NCBI RefSeq assembly: GCF_000281045.1
Contig: NW_008246085.1
Coordinates: forward strand, 507,225-571,224
Direction: 5' to 3'
Source: Saprolegnia diclina VS20
Taxonomy: Eukaryota
Length of the DNA stretch: 64,000 nucleotides
Shown: positions 36,864 through 48,900 of the stretch, in pieces
Layout of the letters: the number at the start of each line of letters is the position of its first letter
Position numbering within the stretch: the first letter of the stretch is position 1
Position numbers and translations under genes: made by a program
The notes under the pieces: generated by a model
What the model was told of the DNA's origin: nothing
The model's input: only the letters and a program-made list of their open reading frames with translations
Databases searched by the model: none

Positions 36864-38531
36864 TTAGAGGTTCATTTGGAAGCGCTGGCCGGCGTTGTTG
36901 ACGTCGCACGAGAGGAGGTAGACGTTGCCGTTGGAGGCGTCGCTCGAGAGGCAAAGGCCGAGCTTGCGCGCGTGCATGATCTGGCCCGTCTTGTCGTTGT
37001 ACTGCCACTGCTGGTTGTCGTTGGTCGCGTCGCAGTTGTAGACGTGGACACCGCCGTAGTCCTTGAACTCCCACGCATCGAGGCAGCTGTTCTGGTTGGC
37101 CTTGTTCTTGATCGTCTGGAGCATCGGGTCGTAGTACCACAACTGCGTCTCGGGGATCGCGCCAGCCATCGGCGCCGAGCGCACGCTCAACGCGCCATAG
37201 TATTCGGTGAGCTCGAGGTCCGAGCCCGCGACGGCAATGCGAAGCTCCTGCGAACCCATGTCGACCTTCGTGAGACCCTTGTTGTCGTTCGAGCACGTGG
37301 CGAGCTTGAGGCTCTTGGTGAGGCAGAGGTTGCCGATCTGGGCACCGTTGCCGTTGAAGCTCCAGCGCTGGCTGGCCTTGGCAGCGTCGCAGCGCGCGAC
37401 CGACACAAACTGGCCCTTGCCGTTGCCTTGAAGGCACGCGTTCGTCGAGCGCGACTTGAGCCAGCCCGAGTCGGCCTGGTTATAGAACCAGATCTCATTG
37501 TCCAGGCGGTCCGTGAGGCCCTTGGCGGGCGCCGAGATCGAGAGCTTGCCAAAGCTTTCGCCCTGCTTGTAGCTGCCGGCCTTGAGCACGTTCGCGTCAC
37601 TGTGGAGGCGGACGGCCGTCGGCGCAGCACCCACCGTGAGCGACGCAATGAGCGGCTTCATCGTACGCGTGTTGTCAAAGAGGCCAAAGTGGCGCTCGAT
37701 CTCGGGGTCGCGGTTGCCGTCGAACGACGAAAAGTAGTAGTAGTTGACGTTCTGCTGCTCCGCGAACGAGATAAACTCCTTGGTGTAGAGCGCTTGGGCC
37801 TCCGGCGACGTCTCGGCGACGACACTCGCCGTGCCGCCCGTGGCCCACCCCGTCTCGGAGAGCACGACGGGCTTGCCGAGCGCACGCGCCGAGTTCCAAA
37901 TGCCTTGGAAGTCGTTGTACAGAGTGGGGACACCTTCGACCGCTGTCTTGTTCTGCCACATGGCAAACGCGTTGACCGAGACGACGTCCGTGTTGGCGTA
38001 GAGCTCCGGAAAGTACTTGTACGAGTCCATGATGTCGGTGATGACGACCGGGAAGAAGAGGTTCTTGCTGCGAAGGTAGGCCTTGACGTCCTTGTAGTGC
38101 TTGATGATGCGGTTGATCGGGCCCTTGTCGGCAAAGTCGTGCTGGCCCTGGATGTAGTAGCGGTAGATGGCCTCGGACGAGACCTGGATGCCAACGACGT
38201 TGTTGTTGTTGACCATGCCCTTCTCGACGAGGTTCTTGAGGCGCTGGAACTCGCCATCGAACGAGTCGATCTTGGCGTCGGCCTCGGACCAGATGCCGAG
38301 CCAGATCTTCATGTTGCGCCAGCCCGCGTGCCAGTAGAGGCGCGTCATGCAAGCTTCGTCCATCGAGTACATGCGGACGGTGTGCGTGATGTCCTTGAGC
38401 TTGTCGAGGTCGAGCGGCATGTTGGTATCGTCGGGGCACGATGCGTAGTTGAGCGCGTAGAGCTGGCGGTCAAGCGCCATCACGGACGTGGCTGCGGCCG
38501 CGAGCGACGCGAGGATGGAGGTAATGCGCAT
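36864..38531 (-). CDS. Secreted GH17 beta-1,3-glucanase/glucanosyltransferase with C-terminal ricin-B lectin repeats
   Basis: Signal peptide MRITSILASLAAAATSVMA, VRMYS, IWLGIW, VSSEAIYR, SETGW, ERHFGLF. QRW/QLW/QQW/QRF ricin motifs. Confidence 0.9.
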   Translation of the reverse strand: MRITSILASLAAAATSVMALDRQLYALNYASCPDDTNMPLDLDKLKDITHTVRMYSMDEACMTRLYWHAGWRNMKIWLGIWSEADAKIDSFDGEFQRLKNLVEKGMVNNNNVVGIQVSSEAIYRYYIQGQHDFADKGPINRIIKHYKDVKAYLRSKNLFFPVVITDIMDSYKYFPELYANTDVVSVNAFAMWQNKTAVEGVPTLYNDFQGIWNSARALGKPVVLSETGWATGGTASVVAETSPEAQALYTKEFISFAEQQNVNYYYFSSFDGNRDPEIERHFGLFDNTRTMKPLIASLTVGAAPTAVRLHSDANVLKAGSYKQGESFGKLSISAPAKGLTDRLDNEIWFYNQADSGWLKSRSTNACLQGNGKGQFVSVARCDAAKASQRWSFNGNGAQIGNLCLTKSLKLATCSNDNKGLTKVDMGSQELRIAVAGSDLELTEYYGALSVRSAPMAGAIPETQLWYYDPMLQTIKNKANQNSCLDAWEFKDYGGVHVYNCDATNDNQQWQYNDKTGQIMHARKLGLCLSSDASNGNVYLLSCDVNNAGQRFQMNL

Positions 38532-39428
38532 CTTGATCGCAATTGGGAAATGACAGCATTGCGCGGCAGAGCTGGGGCAGAGCCAAACGCGTGCTGCGAA
38601 AGCACCTGCCATGTGTCACATCGTTCGAACTCCGACTTTCTGTGGGTTTGTCCCAAACTGGCGCTGGGTTAAACCTACTCCATCGCGACGGCGACGTCGA
38701 CGCGCTGCGTTGCGCACACCGTCATCGGCGTGGGCAGGCGAGATGCAGTGCCACGTATAAGTGTACCGGTATAGTAAAGGCGGTTATCCCAGTGTCCTTG
38801 GTCTTGGCTCCATCTTGGCGCTGCCATTGTACCAGTGCCATTGTCCGCGCCGACGACGCGCGACGGGCAACGGCGGCGAGATTTTTGGATCCAATTACAC
38901 TGCAACCTTAGAGCAGACGACGTCAACACGAACGACGCCAACTGAGAATCACTGAAAATGACCGGGTACCGTCTCCGGCCCAGGAATCGGCCGCTCTGCC
39001 CTGGGCTGCCTAGCCAACCGAGCAGAGTCCACTGAGTTGTATCAACTTGCTGCCACTTCGTGTAGCAGTCGTACACTGCAGATGCGGAGATATCTACAGA
39101 TTTACTACGGTATATCTACTATCACACGCAGTGGTGCTGTGCCACCCGTATGATCCGTATGCAGGCATGCGTCACCGCTTTTGATGAACCTGGCTCGAAC
39201 CGACCTCCGTCCGATCTCACACCGCGCTGCGAGGAAGCTGCCATCCGCCTCCGCCGGTGGTGCCAGGGACGCAGCACGACCACTACAGTACTGTTACTAT
39301 CTACGAAAGTGTGTTGGCTCAGCTTCTTGCGTACAGACGCCGCTGCAGGAGCGGGGCAGCTTCAACAACAAACAAGCTGGTTGGTGCTACAAAAGTGTCG
39401 TTGGGACATACTCGGGTTTTACACCGCG

Positions 39429-41769
39429 CTACTGTTCGTCGGCGTCCTCGAAGAGCGGGTTGCGCGGGAGGCGGTCGCGCATCGGGACATGCTCTTGGAC
39501 GCGGTTCCACGGCAAGAACGTCTGGAGGAAGAGCAGGAGCGGGTTGGCGTCCGCCGGGAGGTTCCCGCCCACGCGCGCCTGCTCCTCTTGGAGCTGCTGC
39601 TGGAGCTGCGCCATGGCCATCGGGTTGTTCTGGAGCTCTTCCAGCAGCGCGGGGTCGAGCCCGTTCGGGTCCATTGCCATTTGCGGCGGCTGCAGCATCG
39701 GGTGGTCTGCTGGCAGCGTCGTCACGTCGTCCGAGTAGTCTACACGCGGCGTCGCATCCTTATGAACCAACGCATCCAGGGTCCTACCCGGCGTGATGGC
39801 ACGGTAGTACTTTTGGAGGGGCGAGCTTTGCGGCCAGTCGCGCTCAAAGGTCGCGCGGTTGTAGCTGCTGCTGGCGCGCGCCGCACTCGCGAGGAGGAAT
39901 GTCTGCACGTCCTGCACCTTCCAGAGCGAGTGGTGGCGCAGCACGTAGATGTCGAGCACGTGCGCGAGGCCGCCATTGTCGTCGAGGTGCGGGCTGTTGG
40001 CAAACACTGCGCTGCAGAGCACGTCCTGCCACGCCTCTATCGTTGGCCACTCAGATCTCATGGCATCTCCTCTCGAAAGAAGCGTACTGGACGTCGTCGA
40101 GATGCCGCACTTGTCGGTGAGCGGCTTGAGCACGCGCGGGTACTTGGCGAGGGCGATGGCGAGCGCGTCCGTCGCGTCCGCTTCGTTGCCGAGATGGTAC
40201 CTAGAGACGGCTTGTATCAACTTGATACATTTCGAGCAGGACGACGTACAGGGCGAGCGCGGCGGAGAACTGGAGGCCCGGGAGCGCATCAACAGTTGCC
40301 GAAGCCGGGTGCGTCGGCACGGCCGCCGACCCGTGGCGGACGACGACCTCGGTGTGGCTCGCATATAGGTCCAGCACAAACTGGCACTGACGCGCTGCGA
40401 GGGCGTAGTAGTCGAGGCAGAGCAGCACGTGCATCGGGTCGCCCTTCGGGTCCATGCTCCAGATGAGCTTGGCAATCTCAAAGGCACTGCGCACACAGCC
40501 GCGCCGACCGACCTACTTGATACATTGAGAGATTGGGTGGTACAAAACAAAGCGACTTGTTTCATGAGGAAGAAGAGCGCGCGAAAGTACGCAGCGTTGT
40601 CACCCGCGTGGATGTCCATGCGGGCCGTGCCGTTGGCGACGTCGTACTGCTCGCCCCACGCGAGCTCGAGAAAGTAGACGCACCTAGATGCAGCATTGAG
40701 ATTCAGATTCAGATTCGGCGAATATACTTTTTGATGCAGTCGGCCGAGTGGTCCATTTGACCGTGATGCTGAAAGACCTCGCTCATCTGAAGAAGCGCGT
40801 CGACGTGGTACGGGTGTTTGGCGAGGAAGTGGCCAATCGCGTTCGGGTCGTGCGTCGATTGCAGCACCTGGAACTGCTCTTGCATCTACAAAATCGTTTT
40901 TGAGATTGAGTTTGAGACGGCCAAGGAACACACCTTCTTGTACGTAAGCGACCAATCGACCTGGAAGTAGTCGCAGCCAAGGTCCCACGACGGACACGCC
41001 GGCTTGTCGACACGCGTCCAGCGGATGCCGCCGCCCACAAACGTAGGCGGGCGCGGCCACGAGTCGTCCGGCGTCACGAGCACGACCTTCTTGGTCGACC
41101 GGCGCGCTGCGTTCCTAGTCCACCCAATGTGAGAGGCGGAGAGTAGCATGAACGACGTACCGCGTGTTCTTGAGCGTCTCACGCGCGCCCTTGACCTATG
41201 CACAGCGTGTGTGAGGTTGAGTCGTCTTCGGTCGCGACGCTATACTCCAAAGAGCCGCTTCATTTCCTTGTCTGCGTTGAGCGCACCGACGTTGACGGCG
41301 AAGAGCTCGTTGCGGTGGCGGACTTGGCCTGGCGCAGGCTTACCCTCGTCGTCGTCTTGCAATTGCTGCGACGCCAGCGCATCGAGAAGGTCGTCGACGT
41401 CGTCGCTCTCGGTCGCTGCCTTGGCCCTAAGATGGCGCGCAACGACTGAGAGGCCACGCCACGATCGAGCGCGATGTACTTGTTCTTCTTCTTGTTCTTC
41501 TTGTTCTTGCTCTTGGTAGCAGGTGCGATCACGACCTTGGGCTGCACGACAACGGGCGGCGCAACAGGCTCATCCTCCGAATCGCTCTTGTCCGAGTCGT
41601 CGTCCGAGTCTTGGAGGAAGTGGAAGCCGGCCGAGGCCTTGGCCTGGGCGCCGCCATCCGACTCGGAGTCGCTCTCTTCGCGCTGGACGGCCTGGTGCAG
41701 CCGACGGGCTTGTCTTGCCGACCTAGTACAGCCTCGATGAGCCCCGCTCGGTTGCCTGCCAGCCTACAT
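39429..41769 (-). CDS. TCF25: Ribosome quality-control factor TCF25/Rqc1
   Basis: MSARQARRL start and Lys-rich segment. VTPDDSWP, HPYHVDALLQMS, NAAYFRALF, RRGCVRSAFEIAKLIWSMDP..DP, DYYAL, FLQTFLPW. Confidence 0.85.
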
Positions 41770-41973
41770 TTTGCGTTGTCGCCTGCTGCCAAGCTCATCC
41801 GGATACGATTGCCGGATACGGTTCGCTGAGTTTCACCCAATGGAATTCGTGCCGAATGCGATCTTGGTGCACTAAGTTTATCAGCTGCAACCAAGTACTT
41901 ATCTGTTCAAGCCGACGACGGCGCCTTCACCCCACCCGACTGTACATGGACCTGACACGAGAGCGTTGGCGTC

Positions 41974-42009
41974 AAGTGCAAACTCAAGTGCAAACTCAAG
42001 TGCAAGCTC
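41974..42009. repeat. Three copies of a 12-bp unit (aagtgcaaactc) in the TCF25/P450 divergent intergenic region
   Basis: caagtgcaaactcaagtgcaaactcaagtgcaagctc is seen directly. Confidence 0.85.
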
Positions 42010-42144
42010 GTCCATCCCAAGGATGACCAGATGCGATGTGGCCTTTCTGCAAAGACGTGGGTTGTTGCAACAATATCTGCGCTCGGATCGATGGCTGGGG
42101 GTGCTAAGCGCTGCCTCATTTCCCATTGCGCTAGAGAGAGCAAC

Positions 42145-44014
42145 ATGCTGTCGCCGACCCAGCTTGCGCTCCTGGTCCCCGTGGCCTCGTCAGCCGTGTG
42201 GTTTCTCTACCACTTTTTCCTCATCCCGCGCATCCACCGCCTCAATGCGCTGCCAGGGCCGCCCCCGAAAAGCATCATTAGCGGCAACGCGTACGCTGCA
42301 GCTTCATCCTCGTTCACCTCTCACACGCCTCATGTAGGAAGGACATGGTGAAGTTTGCGTGGAGCGAAGAGGACCCGTACCCTGGCGTCTACGGCAAGTG
42401 GCTGCGCACGTATGGGCCCGCGTACCATCTTCGCTTGCTGCACTTCCACACGGTATATGTCTTGAAGATATGGACAGTAATGTCATCGACTGCGAGGACA
42501 GGTTGTCTTGGCCGACCCCGATGCGCTCAAGCACGTGTTCGTCTCGCGCGCCGACAACTACATACGCCACGCGACGCAGCGCGGACTCTACTGGTCCTTC
42601 ACGGGCGGCGCGGGCGTCCTCACGACCGAAGGCGACGTCCACGCCGCCCAGCGCAAAATGCTCAACCCGCACTTTGGCTACGTGAATCTCAAGACGTTTG
42701 TCCGCATCTTCAACACGCACGCCGCCGTGTTCGCGTCCCGTCTCGCGTCGCTCGCCGACGGCAACACCGTGCTCGACCTCCACGAGCGTGCGACAACAAC
42801 TTGTCATCGATGTAGTAACGCTCAATATGTCTGTAGGCATGACCAAGTTGTCGTTCGATATCATTGGCCTCGCGGCGTTCGGGTACGCGTTCAAGTCGCA
42901 GGAGAACGAGAGCGTCTCCATCCTCGACGCCTTTGAGGCGCTCAATATGACGCCGACTTTCGCCTCGATCTACGGACACGCGTACATCCCGGGGTTCGAG
43001 CACCTTCCGCTGCCCTTTCTGCGCAAGCGCAAGGCGGCCAAGGCCGTCCTCGCACAAGTGGTCGACGACGTCATTGCCCGCAAGCTCGCGGCGAGTGCCG
43101 AGAGCGCGAACAAGGACCTCCTCGACTTGGTGCTCGAGTCGGATGAAAACATGACGCCACACGAAGCCCGTGTGCACGTGCTCACGTTCCTCCTCGCAGG
43201 CCACGAGGTGCACCGCTTTCTCTGTACTGCAGACGATCGGACACCGCAACTGTAGACAACGAGCACGTCACTGGCGTGGGTGCTGGCACTGCTGGCGCAG
43301 CATCCGGCAGTGGCAGCGGCTGTCGCCGACGAGTGCCGCCGCGTCCTTGCGAAAGCCGGCGACGACGGTCTCTCGTGGGACGACCTCGGCGAGCTCAAGT
43401 ACCTCAAGGCAGTCATCAACGAGACGCAGCGGCTGCAGCCCACCGCCGGCATCCTCACGCTGCACTGCGTTGCCGACGACCTCGTGCCCCGTGCGGACGC
43501 CGAGCCCTTCTTTCTCCCCGCGGTTTCCTCATCGTTGCCTTTCTTTGGATGCTGACGTGGCACGCTAGGGATCGCGCATCACTTTGCACATTGGTGCGAC
43601 GCACCGCAACCCGCAGTACTGGAGTCGCCCCGACGAGTTTCTCCCAGGTACTCTCCCTGTACCTTGTGAGCGACTAAGATTGCTGCGCAGAACGCTTTCT
43701 CGAAGGCTCGGCGCTCTTTGCGGCCGACAAGGACCTGCAGCGCGGCCGCAGCAGCACGTACTTCTTCCTGCCCTTCAGCAACGGTGCGCTCAACATGATA
43801 GCTCTCTACACGACGCTAAGCAAGGACGTTTTTAGGCCCCCGGAGCTGCATTGGTAGTCGGTTCGCAATCGCCGAAATGCTCGTCGTACTTACACACGCG
43901 CTGGCGAGATACGACTTTCGCCTTGACGTATCTGCCAACACACACGCCAAGATCGCGGGGCTGACGTACAAGCCCACGAAGCTCGCCATGACGGTCGTGC
44001 CCCGCACTAACTAG
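42145..44014 (+). CDS. Cytochrome P450
   Basis: N-terminal anchor plus LPGPP. I-helix FLLAGHETTS, ExxR (ETQR), PDEFLPERF, heme motif FSNGPRSCIG (spliced). Confidence 0.92.
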
Positions 44015-44105
44015 TTGGCCTTGACGTTAAGATAAGATCTTGTCCTGGCTTGTGCACAGGAGACAACATTGGTTCTGTCCACGCGATTGGCATCGAAAGC
44101 AGCGA

Positions 44106-45554
44106 CTATGGCAGCTTGGCGCGCGTTAAAACCGCGTCGTACTCTGCCTCGAGGTCGGCGTACAGGTTGGCGAGCAGCGCTTTCTTGCGATCGGCGCTCG
44201 TCGCGGCCTCGAGGTCCTCGGCGTGCTGGGCGTGGAGGCGGCGCTTGACCTCGAGCCGGAAGGCCTTGTAGGCCGCCTCGTTTGATCGGTCCACTTGTCG
44301 CAGCTTGAGCATCTCGTAACAGCGCTGCACTTGGAGCTTCGTGAGCTTGAGTGCCTGGTTTGCATGAGCACCTATGCGCAATAGCCCAGTGCATACCTTC
44401 TTGACGTGGGCAACGTCGGCGGGTGTGCATTTTTGCGTGCTCGTCCCGAGCCCCGACGCCGCAGAGCCCACAAAGAAGCCGTGCTCCAAGCACGTCTTGA
44501 CGTCGACGACGTCACGGAGCTACGCAACCAATCGAAAACTGGTCGTTCTCCTGCAGGGTGCTCCTACCCGAGCAAATCCTGGCACAGGATCTTCGACAGT
44601 GATCTCGTGAAGCGAGTCACTTGCCCTCGCTTCCGTCATAATGTGCGCCACGAGCCGCTCGCCGTGCCCTAGCAGACCGCATGAGCAATGTGTATTGGCT
44701 CGGAAGAGAAGAGGGACCCTGGCGCTGGTATGGCGGCAAGACGAGCACTTGGCAGATGCGCTTGGACGTCATCATGGCACGCTGCGGCAGGTTGAAGGTG
44801 AACATTGTAATGTATCCGAGAGGCGTATAGTCGCCGTCGTCCTCGCTGCGCTTGTGCACCATTGTGTAGAGAGACCAGCGCGCGTCCGAGACGTCAATGT
44901 CGTCGGCCCCTACGGACGTCGTCCATGCATGATCGCTGGAAGAAGCGAACGACCTTCGATGAACCAAAGCGACATCTTTTGCATCTTGTCCAAGTAGGCT
45001 TGCCCACGGGCGTCCAGCAGCGAGTAGGACGTCGCAAAGGCCTGCTCGTTGAAGCTGTAGCTCTGGACAAGAGCACCCGGTGGCGGGTACGAGGCGCCAT
45101 CGGCGAGGATTTTGAGGAAAGTCGGCTTGTCCTGTGTGGCGCCGCTTGGCAGAGAGGGCTGCATCTTGGCAAAGAGATCCCACGCACTACAACCTACGGG
45201 TTCAGCGAGATGGCGACGTGGTCGAAGCGCCTACTCGTCGTCCTTGTAGTCGTACTGAATCTCAACGAGACAGTCGAACGTCTGCGCGGCAAAGGTGAGC
45301 TCGATGCGTAGACCCGTGTAGCCCTGAATGAGCTCGTCTTTGCCGAACGCGTGGTACGTGAAGGCGGGCGGAAAGGTCGGGCCATCACGCGCCGCAAGCT
45401 CGTCCGCGCTGCGCACTAAGATGGACAGCCGTTAGCGTAGATCATGTAGCATGAGGCTTCTTCACATACCAATGCACATGGTGATACAGTCGTTGGCGCT
45501 GCAGCTCGCCTCCAGTTTGGCCTTCTTGGCCGGCGGCGCGTCCACCTCCGCCAT
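44106..45554 (-). CDS. HAT1: Histone acetyltransferase type B catalytic subunit
   Basis: FPPAFTYHAFGKDELIQGY, LWFIEGA, RICQVLVLPPYQRQGHG, EITVEDP, LKLTKLQVQRCYE. Confidence 0.9.
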
Positions 45555-45932
45555 CGCACGTTTCAAAAGTTGCGTGCGTTTAACCTGAGACTACATATGC
45601 ACCGCACACGTTGAAGCGGTACGACCCTACCTCGCCCTTCCCGTCTTTGCAACACCAGCAACAACCTCCTTCCTTATCCCAATGGCAGAAGTGGCGTCTC
45701 CTTCACAACGCTCGCGAACGCGCTCACCGTGTATGGGCCCTGCGGCGGCCGATTGACGGTGGCGTGGGATTAGACAGCGTCGCTTGCTACCCACTGATTG
45801 GCCAAAATGCAGTCGAAGCCCGCGAGATTCCACGAATCGTGTGATGCGGCGAGATGATTGGTCAAAAGGCCCGAGGATCTTCGAATCGGATCGAGTGGAT
45901 GGCCAGTTGCGAACGACCGGTGTCGAAGCATC

Positions 45933-48900
45933 ATGGGCCGGACTGCCGCCTTGAAGCGGGAGCCGACCGTGAAGCCCGAGCCCGACGAGCCCTCGGCGCC
46001 TGGCGGAGGCCTCGAGGACGAGGTCGGCCACGTGCAGAACAAGTGGCAGCTGCTGCCGTACTTTCTGCAGCTGCGCGGCCTCGTCAAGCAGCACATTGAC
46101 TCGTTCGACTACTTTACCGAGGTCGACATGAAGAAGATCGTGCGCGCGCAGGCCAACAACACGATCCGGTCGGACCACGACCCCAAGTTCTTCCTCACGT
46201 ACACGGACATCTCGGTGGGCACGCCCTCGATCGACGAGGACGCGTACCTGACGACGCCGGTGACGCCGCACCAGTGCCGCCTGCGCGACCGCACGTACTC
46301 GGCGCCGATCTACGTCTCGGTCAAGTACCGCCTTGGCACGAAGGTCGTGACGCGCAACAAGGTGACGATCGGCCGCATCCCGATCATGCTGCGCTCGGCG
46401 AAATGCGTGCTCAAGGAGAAGGGCGAGGCCGAGCTCGCGGCGCTCAAGGAGTGCCCGTACGACCCGGGTGGTTACTTTGTCGTCAAGGGCACGGAGAAGG
46501 TCGTGCTCATCCACGAGCAGCTCTCGAAGAACCGCGTGATCCTCGAAGAAGACGGCAAGAAGAACGTGTGCGCGTCCATTACGTCGTCAACGCACGAGCG
46601 CAAGTCGCGCACCAATATCTTCCTCAACAAGGGCAAGATCTACCTCAAGTCCAACTCGTTCACGGACGACCTCCCGATCGTGGTCGTCTTCCGCGGTATG
46701 GGCATGACGTCGGATCAAGAGATTGTGTCGCTCATTGGGCACGAGCCGGACGTGATGGACCACTTTGCGGCGTCGATCGAGGAGTCGTCGGACCTCAAGA
46801 TCTTCACGCAGACGCAGGCGCTGCAGTACATTGCGACCAAGATGAAGCTGCGGACGGGCGCCAACCCGCTCGACGCGGCGCTCGACGGGCTCGCCAACGT
46901 GCTCAACCACATTCCGTGCGAAAACTTCAACTTCCGCATGAAGTGCATCTACGTGGCCCACATTGTGCGCCGCATCATCTTCACCGACAAGGACCGCACG
47001 CAGCTCGACGACAAGGACTACTACGGCAACAAGCGTCTCGAGCTCGGGGGCCAACTGCTCTCGCTCTTGTTTGAGGACCTCTTCAAGAAGTTCAACAGCG
47101 ACCTCAAGCGCCAAGCGGACATGGTGCTCAACAAGCCCAACCGCGCGGCTGCCTTCGACATCCTCAAGTGCATCCGCACCGACACGATCACGTACGGCTT
47201 TATCCACTGCCTCTCGACCGGCAACTGGACGCTCAAGCGCTTCCGTATGGATCGGTCGGGCGTCACGCACGTGCTCTCGCGGCTCTCGTTCATGTCGGCG
47301 CTCGGCATGATGACGCGCATCTCGTCGCAGTTTGAAAAGACGCGCAAGGTGTCGGGGCCGCGCTCGCTGCAGCCGTCGCAGTGGGGCATGTTGTGTCCGG
47401 CCGACACGCCCGAAGGCGAAGCCTGCGGTCTCGTCAAGAACCTCGCGCTGCTCTGCCACGTGACGTCGGACGAAGAGCCGGAGCCGATCCGCCGTCTCTG
47501 CTTTGACCTGGGTGTCAACGACGTGTGCCTCTCGTCCGGCGAGGAGATCAACCACCCGACCACGTACCTCGTCATGCTCAACGGTATCATCATTGGCACG
47601 CACGTCAACCCGAAGCTGTTTGTGTCGCGCCTCCGCCGCATCCGTCGCGCGGGTCTCCTCGGCGAGTTTGTGTCGGTCATGATCCACGACGTGCAGCGCG
47701 TGGTCTACATTGCGTCGGACGGTGGCCGCGTCTGCCGCCCGCTTCTGCTCTTGGACCCCAAGACGCACCGCCCGCGGCTCACGCAGCGCCAGCTGAACGA
47801 GCTCCAAGCAGGCGTGCGGCCTATCTCGTCGCTCATCAAGGAAGGTGTCGTCGAGTACGTGGACGTGAACGAAGAGAACAACTGCCTCATTGCGCTGCAC
47901 GAGCGGGACATTGATCCCAAGACGACGCACCTCGAGATCGATCCGGTCACGATCCTCGGCGTCGTCTCGGGGCTTATCCCGTACCCGCACCACAACCAGT
48001 CGCCGCGCAACACGTACCAGTGCGCCATGGGCAAGCAGGCGATTGGCACGATCGGGATGAACCAGTACGAGCGCATCGACACGCTGCTGTACACGATGGT
48101 GTACCCCCAAGCGCCGATGGTCAAGACGCGCGTCCTGGATCTGGTCAACTTCGACCAAGTGCCCGCGGGCCAGAACGCGACGGTCGCCGTCATGAGTTAC
48201 TCTGGGTACGACATTGAAGATGCCATCGTGCTCAACAAGGCGTCGCTCGACCGCGGCTTTGGGCGCTGCATGGTCTTCAAGAAGTACCAGACGATCGTCA
48301 AGCGGTACCCGAACAACACGTACGACCGCATTGTGGGCCCTCCGGACTTTGAAGGCGCGGGCTTTGCGACCTCGTTCCGCAACCAGCGGTACGCGTCGCT
48401 AGACGCGGACGGCATTTGCCGCGTCGGTGGCCAAGTGGTCTCGAGCGGCATCCTCATCAACAAGGAGTCGCCGGCCAACGTCGACTTGACGACCGAGTCG
48501 CCGGACGTATCGTACAAGCCGTCGCCCGTCTCGTACAAGAACTCGGTGCCGGGCTACATCGACAAGGTCATGCTCACGTCGTCCGAGTCGGACCAGTTTC
48601 TCATCAAGGTGCTCATCCGCCAAACGCGCCGGCCCGAGATCGGCGACAAGTTTTCCAGTCGCCACGGGCAGAAGGGTGTCTGCGGGACCATTCGCCAGCA
48701 GGTATGTTGCGTGTTCGATTGCTTGTGTCTGTGCATTTTTGTGTATACCGACGTTTTATATTGGGGGCGACTGCTTTTACACTCGGTCGTCTTCAGTCGG
48801 ACGTCGGAAAACTGATTTGGCAACTTTAAACCATCCCTCGACTGCCGTGTCCTGCGGATGACCTGTCTCTCTGCCACATTCTTCTGTAGTTAGTCGACTC

